Source: an uncultured Chloroflexia bacterium (GTDB lineage Bacteria; Chloroflexota; Limnocylindria; Limnocylindrales; CSP1-4). From it: a DNA stretch of 64,000 bases. The notes beneath the pieces were generated by a model. It had not been told where the DNA came from. It ran no database searches and saw only the letters and a program-made list of their open reading frames with translations. The position numbers and the translations under genes are program-made. The stretch covers positions 384,001-448,000 of the forward strand of contig CAWEZH010000003.1 in NCBI GenBank assembly GCA_963813535.1. The letters are read 5' to 3'. Numbering within the stretch: the first letter of the stretch is position 1; each line of letters starts with the position of its first letter. This document shows positions 10,589 through 18,295 of the stretch, one piece after another.

Positions 10589-12220
10589 TCAGCTCATACG
10601 ATGTTCGACCGCGAACGCCGTCGCGGCGGCACGCGACGTCACGCCGAGCTTCACGAAGATGTTGCTGACGTGACGATCCACGGTCCGTTCGCTGATGCCG
10701 AGCGCCGACGCGATCGCTCGATTCGTCCGCCCGGCAGCCACCAGGCCAAGGACCTCGGCCTCCCTGGTCGACAATCCGCCGGGTGCTCTCGGGGGTCGGT
10801 CGGCCAGTCGTTCGACGCGTCTGAGGTCCGGCTCGGCGCCGAGCTCTCGGAAGATGCGCAGCGCCGCATCGAATTCGAGCGCCGCGGAGTCGGCATCACC
10901 GAGCGCCTGCAGGGCTTGCCCAAGGTCCGCGCGGACTCTTGCCACGTCGTACGGCGCCTCGAGCGCGTGCCAGCCCGACTCCGCCGAGCGAAGTCGGCGA
11001 AGCGCCTCTCGCGCATCGCCCGTGGCCAGACAGACTTCCCCCTCCAGGCGGGCCAGGATCGCGTCGAGCATCGGAGCCGGGCGGTCCCGGTCCGCGGCGG
11101 CCAGCCCTTCCACAGCCTGGCCCGCTCGGTCGATGTCACCGGTCGCGAGCGCGATCTCGCCCAGGGCCGGCATGAGCCGGACGCGTGCGATGTCATCGGC
11201 AGCCTCCTCGAGCGCACGCTCGATCATCGATCGAGCCGCCTTGCCCCTGCCGCGGGCGAGCAGCAGGAGCGCGAGACCGGGCTCCGGGCGACGGCCCCAC
11301 TGGCTCGCCTCGCGGTAGGCGGTCTCGGCGGCGGCGAACTCGCCACGCAACCGATGCAGCTCACCCTGCTCGTAGTAGGCCTCGCCGACGGCGGGCTCCG
11401 GCGGTGGCCGGAGCAGCCACGCCTCCGCCCGTCGGGCTTCGTCGAACGCCGTCGCCCAATCCCCGTGGAACCGCATCAGCTCGCTCCGGTACACCAGGCA
11501 GCGGCCACGGAACGGGAGGCGGTCGGACTCGCGCGCGCTCCATTCGGTCAGCGCCTGGGTCCAGTCCTGTGCTCGACGGAGGTCGAAGATCTCGTTGAAC
11601 GCCTCGATGGCGGCGCAGTAGACGATGCCCGTCACGAGCGGTGATAGCTCGTCCGACGTCACCGCGACCATGGCATCGTCGAGCAGGGCCACACCCTCCT
11701 CGGTCTGGCCGAGGCCGATCAGCGAACGACCCTTGCCCAGTCGTGCCAATGCGCCGAGATCGGCGTCGTCGAATCGTGCGGCGTAGGTCGCGGCAATCTC
11801 GAACGCGGCGAGCGCCGCCGCTGGATCGGGCTCGACCTGGCGGATGCCGTCCGGGATGGCCAGATAACCCCGCTCGACGGTGTCGAGATCGTGCTCGTCG
11901 AGCAGGCGCGCCGCTCGACCGATCCAGCCGCCGCCCTGGGTGACATCGCCGCGCTGCAGGAACGCCATCCCGAGCCAGAACGCCATCCGTGCCGCGCGCA
12001 CGAAATCTCCCGCGGTCATGGCCGCGCGATGGATGCGGGCCGCCAGCTGACCGGCCACCTCGTCGTGCCCGCAGTACTGCGCTGCGAACCCGGCCATCTC
12101 GAGGTCGTCGAGCCCGAGCGGCGCCACCCGGTCCGCCTCGGTCAGCAGGTCGAAGGCCTCGGACCACGCTCTCCGGGCGTACGCCGCGCGGCCGCGCTCG
12201 ATCCGGTCGTCCACCGTCAT
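10589..12220 (-). CDS. LuxR-family transcriptional regulator (helical repeat region plus C-terminal HTH)
   Basis: C-terminal LSTREAEVLGLVAAGRTNRAIASALGISERTVDRHVSNIFVKLGV. Confidence 0.92.
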   Translation of the reverse strand: MTVDDRIERGRAAYARRAWSEAFDLLTEADRVAPLGLDDLEMAGFAAQYCGHDEVAGQLAARIHRAAMTAGDFVRAARMAFWLGMAFLQRGDVTQGGGWIGRAARLLDEHDLDTVERGYLAIPDGIRQVEPDPAAALAAFEIAATYAARFDDADLGALARLGKGRSLIGLGQTEEGVALLDDAMVAVTSDELSPLVTGIVYCAAIEAFNEIFDLRRAQDWTQALTEWSARESDRLPFRGRCLVYRSELMRFHGDWATAFDEARRAEAWLLRPPPEPAVGEAYYEQGELHRLRGEFAAAETAYREASQWGRRPEPGLALLLLARGRGKAARSMIERALEEAADDIARVRLMPALGEIALATGDIDRAGQAVEGLAAADRDRPAPMLDAILARLEGEVCLATGDAREALRRLRSAESGWHALEAPYDVARVRADLGQALQALGDADSAALEFDAALRIFRELGAEPDLRRVERLADRPPRAPGGLSTREAEVLGLVAAGRTNRAIASALGISERTVDRHVSNIFVKLGVTSRAAATAFAVEHRMS

Positions 12221-12239
12221 GGACGCTCCAGCCTACCGC

Positions 12240-13241
12240 CTAGAGCCAGCCTCGGCGACGGAACAGGATCACGAGCGCGACCAGCAGCACCGCCATCAGG
12301 ATGAGGATCAGGAAGAACGTGGCCACTTGACCCTCGCCGGGGAACGCCACGTTCATCCCGAAGATGCTCGCGATGAGGGTGAGCGGGAGGAGGACCACGC
12401 TCGCTGCGGTGAGGATCCGGAAGGAGTCGTTCAGTCGGTGCGACAGCACCGCCTCGTTCGTCGACTCGAGGCCCTCGATGACCTCCTTGTAGTTCTCGAG
12501 GGTGTCCCAGATCCGCTCGGCCGCGTCGGAGATGTCGTCGAAGTAGATCTCGAGCTCTTCCTGGAGATAGCGCTGCTTGGTGCGCTCGAGGTCGCGCAGC
12601 ACCGCGCGCTGCGGCCGGACGATCTTCCGGAAGTTGATGATCTCCTGCTTGGCCTCCGAGATGTCCCGGACGATCTCCGACGAGCGACCCTCGAAGATGT
12701 CGTCCTCGAGCCGCTCGAGCTTCAGCCCGGTCTTGCGCAGCATGGGGAACGACGCGTCCACCAGGGTGTCGACGATCTTGTACAGGAGGTAGCCGGTGCC
12801 CTTCGAGAAGACTTCTTCGCGCAGGTCCGGCTTCTCCCGATAGCGGTCGAACATCGCCGAGAGGGGCGGCAGCGCGATGTTGGGCAGCGTGATCAGGAAG
12901 TCCGCACCCAGGAACAGATCGAGCTCGGCGGTGAGGATGCGCCCGCTGTCCTTGTCGAACAATGGGAAGTGCAGCACGATGAAGACGTAGTCGTCGTACT
13001 GGTCGAGCTTCGGGCGCTGGTTGCGCGAGAAGACGTCCTCGTAGTCGAGCGGGTGGAAATCGAAGTGCTCTTCCAGCCAGTCGCGGTCGGCGGTACGCGG
13101 GGATTCGATATGGATCCAGCGGATGCCCGCGGCCTCGATGATCTCGGGATCCGCGACCGTGTCGGGCATGACGACATCGACCTCGCCACCGGAACGGCGG
13201 CGAGGGCGCGGCAGCGGACGCGGGAACGGCAGATTGGGCAC
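12240..13241 (-). CDS. corA: CorA-family Mg2+/Co2+ transporter
   Basis: FHPLDYED, QRPK, PLTLIASIFGMN signature, two C-terminal TM helices. Confidence 0.92.
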   Translation of the reverse strand: MPNLPFPRPLPRPRRRSGGEVDVVMPDTVADPEIIEAAGIRWIHIESPRTADRDWLEEHFDFHPLDYEDVFSRNQRPKLDQYDDYVFIVLHFPLFDKDSGRILTAELDLFLGADFLITLPNIALPPLSAMFDRYREKPDLREEVFSKGTGYLLYKIVDTLVDASFPMLRKTGLKLERLEDDIFEGRSSEIVRDISEAKQEIINFRKIVRPQRAVLRDLERTKQRYLQEELEIYFDDISDAAERIWDTLENYKEVIEGLESTNEAVLSHRLNDSFRILTAASVVLLPLTLIASIFGMNVAFPGEGQVATFFLILILMAVLLVALVILFRRRGWL

Positions 13242-13264
13242 GGCGGAATGGTACGGCACAGGGT

Positions 13265-14170
13265 GTGGTGACCGGACGCCTGGGCGAGCGGGTCGGGCCG
13301 CGGTTCGCTGCGCGGGTCGACGGCCTCGGCCGCTGGCTCGACGAGCACCCGTGGGTCGGGCCGAGCCTGGCTGCCGTCGCCTGGTTCGTGATCGTCGTCC
13401 TGTCCTCGCCGTGGGGTCGCCTGTGGGGAACCGGCCAGGACGCGTACTGCTACTGGTTCCCGTCGCTGGACGACCCCTACGCCCGCTCCGACTGGACGGA
13501 CCCGATCGCCTACGTGTACTCGCCGGCCTTCCTGCAGCTGCTGCAGCCGATCCGGATCCTGCCGTGGCAGGCGTACATGGCCGCCTGGACGCTCATCCTC
13601 CTCGGCGCGTTGGTCGTCCTGACCGGGCGTCGGTGGCTGGCCGTCGGCGTGGTGCTGGGGCTGATGGAGCTCGCAGGCGGCAACATCCACCTGCTGATCG
13701 CGGCGGCCATCGTGCTCGGCTTCCGCCATCCATGGACGTGGTCGATCGTGCTGCTGACGAAGATCACCCCAGGGATCGGTCTCTTGTGGTTCGTCGTCCG
13801 GCGCGAATGGCGGAACCTCGCGATCGCGCTGGGAGCCACCGCTGCGATCGTGCTCGTGTCCTTCGTCGTGATGCCGGATGCCTGGCGGTCCTGGGGCGAG
13901 GTGCTCAGCCGGGTCGCGGGCCGGGACGGCACATGGGCAGCGGTCCCCATCCCGTTCGTCGTCCGGTTCCCGGTCGCCGTCGCGGTGGTCATCTGGGGAG
14001 CGTGGACCGGTCGGCGCTGGACGGTCCCGGTGGCCTCGATGCTCGCGCTGCCGGCGTTGTGGTACGGCGGCCTGTCGATGCTCCTGGCGGTCATCGCGTT
14101 GCGCGAGAACGTGGAGCCGGTGCGCCCATCGGGTAGGCCGGTGGGGAGCCCGGCGGTCGCCCGGACCTAG
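13265..14170 (+). CDS. GT-C (GT87-like) polytopic membrane glycosyltransferase
   Basis: D..CY, YVYSPAF, GNIHLL, KITPG motifs; multiple TM segments. Confidence 0.75.
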   Translation: MVTGRLGERVGPRFAARVDGLGRWLDEHPWVGPSLAAVAWFVIVVLSSPWGRLWGTGQDAYCYWFPSLDDPYARSDWTDPIAYVYSPAFLQLLQPIRILPWQAYMAAWTLILLGALVVLTGRRWLAVGVVLGLMELAGGNIHLLIAAAIVLGFRHPWTWSIVLLTKITPGIGLLWFVVRREWRNLAIALGATAAIVLVSFVVMPDAWRSWGEVLSRVAGRDGTWAAVPIPFVVRFPVAVAVVIWGAWTGRRWTVPVASMLALPALWYGGLSMLLAVIALRENVEPVRPSGRPVGSPAVART

Positions 14171-14305
14171 GGTCGCAAGCCGCACGTGGACACGCCGGTC
14201 ATCCAAGTCGCGCGCGGCCGCGTATGGATGGTCAAACCCGTGCTGTTCCTCGCGCCGACGGTCGTCCCGGGGGGGAGGCCGTCGGCGCCTCCGCCTTCAG
14301 GCTGG

Positions 14306-15577
14306 TCACGGCCCCGTTGCGCTCGTGGCGGGACCCGGATCGCGGACGCCACCTCGAGCCCTCGTCGCGATCACGATGGCACCGACGATCAGCACCCCGC
14401 CGCCGACCAGGAAGGGCGCGGGCACGCCACCGACGCCGACCACGACTGCACCGACCGACGGTCCGACGATCCCGGCCGCGTACAGCGGCAGGTAGACGAG
14501 GTTGAGCGTCGCCGAGCGTCGGTCCGCGGGTATGTCCGTCGCGAGCATCCCGAAGATCATGGCGCTGACCGTGGCGGTGGCGGCCGCGAAGACGACCGCC
14601 AGGCCGGACAGGGCAGGCACGGCCGAAACGAAGGGCATCGACGCGAGCACCGCACCGCCGCCCGCAAGGGCGGCGACCAGGACCGGTCGGAACCCGACGC
14701 GATCGCCGAGCACGCCACCGAATGGAGCGATCAACCCCCCGACGAGGGCCGACGTGCCCATCACCAGCGCGATCGCCGACGCGAGACCGGGACCGGTGCC
14801 GACCAGGTCCTCGACGACGACGGGCAGGTAGGGACGACTCATCTGGGTCGCCAGGAACGACACGCCGAAGATCGCGAAGATCCGCCGGACGGCCGGATCG
14901 GCGAGCACGCTGCGCAGCGCGCCGTACGCGAGGGCGAGCACCGGCCCCACCGGGACCACCGACGGTCGCACCTCTCGCGATCCGACCGCAACGAGCAGCG
15001 CCGTCCCGACCGAGAAGGCGGCCGACAGCCAGAACACGGCCGGTAGCGTCCAGCCCAGACCGTCGATGAGGATGCCGGCGAGGGTCGGTCCGAGCGCCAT
15101 CCCGACGACGGTCGACGCGCCGAAGATGCCCATGACCGTCCCCAGCCTGGCCAGGGGCGTCACGTCGCGGATGCCGGCGAGCATCACGCCGGTGTTGCCG
15201 AGCTGGAAACCGATCAGCAGCATGCTCAGGGCGAGCTGCCAGGGCTCGCGCGACAGGGCCACGCCCGCGAACACCACCGCCTCGACGAGCGCGCTGCGGA
15301 TGATGACGGCCTTGCGGCTGTACTTGTCGGCCCACACGCCCCACAGCGGGACGAGCGGCATCCCCACGACGAAGATCAGGGCCGTGAACAGGCCGACGAA
15401 CGCCAGCCGCTCGTCCTGGGGCACACCCATCTGCCGCAGGTAGGTCGGGACGAGGGCGAAGATCTGGCTGACCCCGAGGCCCTCGACCATCGAGGTGATC
15501 CAGAAGACCGCCAGGAGGACGCGCCAGTCCTGGCCGGACCGGGGCAGATCGTCGGGTCGAGGGATGCCTGCGCTCAC
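14306..15577 (-). CDS. MFS transporter (DHA1-like)
   Basis: PLWGVWADKYSRK and GVLGDRVGFR motif A copies; about 12 TM. Confidence 0.9.
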   Translation of the reverse strand: MSAGIPRPDDLPRSGQDWRVLLAVFWITSMVEGLGVSQIFALVPTYLRQMGVPQDERLAFVGLFTALIFVVGMPLVPLWGVWADKYSRKAVIIRSALVEAVVFAGVALSREPWQLALSMLLIGFQLGNTGVMLAGIRDVTPLARLGTVMGIFGASTVVGMALGPTLAGILIDGLGWTLPAVFWLSAAFSVGTALLVAVGSREVRPSVVPVGPVLALAYGALRSVLADPAVRRIFAIFGVSFLATQMSRPYLPVVVEDLVGTGPGLASAIALVMGTSALVGGLIAPFGGVLGDRVGFRPVLVAALAGGGAVLASMPFVSAVPALSGLAVVFAAATATVSAMIFGMLATDIPADRRSATLNLVYLPLYAAGIVGPSVGAVVVGVGGVPAPFLVGGGVLIVGAIVIATRARGGVRDPGPATSATGP

Positions 15578-15609
15578 CGCTCCGAGCGTAGCGGAGCGCA
15601 CACTAAAGC

Positions 15610-15792
15610 GCCCGAAGGAACTGGTGGGAGGACCACCTGTCGGCTCGCAACGGCTCCGAACAAGTCCGGAGTCATTACGCTCCGCCCGGGTCCCTCGCTC
15701 ACTGGCCTTGCGGCCAGCGAACCCGGCTCCCGGGACCGTCCCGAGGATCGCTCCTCGATGCGGTCTGGCGGTTCGCACCTGCCCCTTCGGGC
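15610..15792 (-). ncRNA. ssrS: Structured 183-nt non-coding RNA, 6S RNA candidate
   Basis: 5' GCCCGAAGGGGC pairs with 3' GUUCCUUCGGGC and extends as an irregular stem; GGGAGCC...GGGACCC internal motif; apical GCAA tetraloop; -10 TACATT 7 nt upstream. Confidence 0.55.
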
Positions 15793-15799
15793 AAGAGGA

Positions 15800-15948
15800 A
15801 ATGTACCGGCCGGGGCCACGGACCCACAACCGCCTTATCCACGAACTTCGCGGAAACCGCGGCGAGCTTATCCCCGACTTTCCGACCGATGTGGACGAGA
15901 TGTGGACGGCCCCTCTCTGAAACACCGATGCAACATCCATTGCCCACG
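15800..15948. promoter_or_regulatory. Divergent promoter region with -10 (TACATT, minus strand) and DnaA-box-like cluster
   Basis: TTATCCACG 15835, TTATCCCCG 15868, TGTGGACGA 15890, TGTGGACGG 15901, TTGCCCACG 15940. Confidence 0.45.
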
Positions 15949-15981
15949 GCTCAGGCGTAGATTTCGATGGGAGGTAGGCCC

Positions 15982-16854
15982 GTGGCACGTCTGTTGGCCC
16001 GGCTCGTGGCCGTGAACGACGGGTGGGCGCGCCCGTTCGGTGCGTTCAATCTTCGCTGGACCCGCGCGGTCTTCCGTGCGATGACGCCGGTCCGCGACCT
16101 CCTCAACGGGCGCTGGCTCGGCCATCCGCTCCACGCGGCGACGACCGATATCCCGATCGGGTTGCTCCTCGGGTCGGTCCTCCTGGACCTGATCGGGCAA
16201 CCGACGGCGGCCGACATCACGCTCGTCGCGACCATCGTCTTCATGGTGCTGTCCGCCCTGTCGGGGCTCGCCGACTACAGCGAGACGACCGGCACGGCCC
16301 TCACCCGGGCCACCCTCCACGCCTCATTGATGACGGTGGCCCTCGTCATCCTGATCGTGTCGGCAGTGCTGCGAGGCGGCGCCCCGGCCGACCGGACGGT
16401 GCCGATCGCCCTGTCGATCGTCGGGTTCCTCTTGGTGACGGCCGGCGCATTCGTCGGCGGGGACGTCGCCTATGTGCTCGGGAACATGGTGAGCCGCCAC
16501 GCGTTCCGGGGCGCCGGCACGAAATGGGTACGCCTCGATACGGGCGACATCGGCGATCTGACCGCGCTTCCCGAGGCCACGCCCACGAAGATGCGCGCCG
16601 GGATCAACGACGTCCTGGTCGTCCGGATCGGCGACCGGCTCCACGCGCTGCACAACGTGTGCGCGCACGCGGGCGGGCCATTGAACGAAGGCCGTCTGGT
16701 TGACGGCTGCATCGAATGTCCGTGGCACTACTCGCGGTTCGACCTGGCCGATGGTCAGGCCAAGCGCGGCCCGACGGTCTATGACCAACCGAGCTACGAG
16801 ATCCGGAGCGCCGACGGTGGCGGATATGAGGTGCGCCGCGCCGCGACCGCCTGA
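15982..16854 (+). CDS. DUF2231-like membrane domain fused to Rieske [2Fe-2S] domain
   Basis: GHPLHAA..DIPIG, four TM, then CAHAGGPL and CPWHYSRF; SD GGGAGG. Confidence 0.88.
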   Translation: MARLLARLVAVNDGWARPFGAFNLRWTRAVFRAMTPVRDLLNGRWLGHPLHAATTDIPIGLLLGSVLLDLIGQPTAADITLVATIVFMVLSALSGLADYSETTGTALTRATLHASLMTVALVILIVSAVLRGGAPADRTVPIALSIVGFLLVTAGAFVGGDVAYVLGNMVSRHAFRGAGTKWVRLDTGDIGDLTALPEATPTKMRAGINDVLVVRIGDRLHALHNVCAHAGGPLNEGRLVDGCIECPWHYSRFDLADGQAKRGPTVYDQPSYEIRSADGGGYEVRRAATA

Positions 16855-16920
16855 TCGCGAGCGCCCCATCGTCTCGCAGCGGCCACCACGCGTCGTCGCC
16901 CCCGCGGCATCATCCGACCG

Positions 16921-17442
16921 ATGGCGACCGTCGTCCTCCGCGATCCAAGCCTCGTCGTGCTCATCGGCGCGGCGGGCTCGGGCAAGTCGACGCTCGCCGC
17001 GCGGTCGTTCGCTCCCGACGAGATCGTCTCATCGGATGCGCTCCGAGCCGTGGTATCCGGTGACGAGGCGGACCAGAGCGCGACGCGTGTAGCGTTCAAG
17101 ATCCTCCACCACACCGTCGCGCGGCGCCTGGCCGCTGGACAGCTGACGGTCGTCGACGCGACCAACGCATCGGCGTCCGACCGACGCCCACTCGTCTCGA
17201 GGGCGCGCGCGGCCGGGATCCCCGTTACGGCCATCGTCCTCGACCTCGAGCCAGGAACTGTGCATGTCCAGAACGCCCGTCGACCTCGAGTCGTCGCTCC
17301 TGACGTCGTCGATCGGCACCTGGATGCCGTCCGAAGAACTGTCGCTGGCGATCAGCTGGCGACCGAGGGATTCGACCAGATCGTCGTTCTGCGTACGCCG
17401 GCGGAGGCCGCTGCCCTGTCGATCGAGCGGCGGAACGCCTAG
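16921..17442 (+). CDS. P-loop kinase (AAA_33, polynucleotide-kinase-like)
   Basis: LVVLIGAAGSGKST, SSDALR, VVDATN. Confidence 0.85.
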   Translation: MATVVLRDPSLVVLIGAAGSGKSTLAARSFAPDEIVSSDALRAVVSGDEADQSATRVAFKILHHTVARRLAAGQLTVVDATNASASDRRPLVSRARAAGIPVTAIVLDLEPGTVHVQNARRPRVVAPDVVDRHLDAVRRTVAGDQLATEGFDQIVVLRTPAEAAALSIERRNA

Positions 17443-18272
17443 GCTGCCCCGCCGAACCCGATCAACGCGATGGACGCACCCGCGAGACCGATGCCGACCG
17501 TGTGGTCGCGGGTGACCGGTTCGCGCAGCACGACGGCGGCGAGAAGGACCGTCACGACCGGGTACATCGCCGACAACACCGAAGCGATCGCCAGCTGTCC
17601 GGTCTGGATCGCGGCGAGGTAGAACCCGTTCCCGGCCGTATCGAGGACGCCGATGAGGACCAGGGGAAGGATGAGGTTGCCGGGACGCCACGCAGAACGT
17701 GTCGCCACGATGGCGATGACGACCAACAAGCCCTGCACGAGCCGGATCGTGGCGAGATCCGCGAACACGTCGCCCTGGCTGAGCTGCGCGATGACCACCC
17801 CGAACAGGCCGATCGCCGTCCCCCCGGTCAGGGCCTCGAACAGTCCGCTCCGGCCGCCGGTCTCGTCGGCGACGCGGGATACGAGGATCACGGCAACCAC
17901 GGCAAGGCCGATCCCGACCACGACGAGCGGCGGCGGCAGGCCTTCGGTCAAGAAGCCGGCGACCACCGGGATGACCGCCGCCAGGACGCCGGTCACCGGT
18001 GCGACGATGCCCATCCGACCGATCGCCAGGCCCCGGTAGAGCATGGTGATGCCGAACGCACCCAGCGCACCGGCGATCGCGCAGATCAGCAGATCCCCGC
18101 CCGCGGGGAATGACTGGCCGAGGATGAGTGCGAGCGCGATGCACATCACCGAGCCGGTCGCCTGTGACACGAGCACGACGGCATAGACCGCCACGCGCCG
18201 ACTGGCGAGGCCGCCGCCGAAGTCGCCGGCGCCCCAGGCGATGGCGGCGGCAAGCCCGAAGATCACGGTCAC
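17439..18272 (-). CDS. EamA/DMT family transporter
   Basis: AWGAGDFGGG, MGIVAPV, SVLSAMYPVVTV; about 10 TM. Confidence 0.88.
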   Translation of the reverse strand: MTVIFGLAAAIAWGAGDFGGGLASRRVAVYAVVLVSQATGSVMCIALALILGQSFPAGGDLLICAIAGALGAFGITMLYRGLAIGRMGIVAPVTGVLAAVIPVVAGFLTEGLPPPLVVVGIGLAVVAVILVSRVADETGGRSGLFEALTGGTAIGLFGVVIAQLSQGDVFADLATIRLVQGLLVVIAIVATRSAWRPGNLILPLVLIGVLDTAGNGFYLAAIQTGQLAIASVLSAMYPVVTVLLAAVVLREPVTRDHTVGIGLAGASIALIGFGGAA

Positions 18273-18295
18273 GGACGCCGCCGGGAACCCGTCGA

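Noticed and set aside
15610-15810. RNase P, tmRNA or SRP identity for the structured RNA
   Set aside because: Fragments such as AAGTCCGG, AACCCGGCT and CCCACCA occur, but without the right context; there is no T-loop, tag ORF or SRP GGAA loop motif, and the CCA lies inside the closing helix.
15800-15960. oriC
   Set aside because: DnaA-box-like motifs are present, but there is no AT-rich unwinding element and no dnaA or dnaN nearby; kept only as a possible regulatory cluster.
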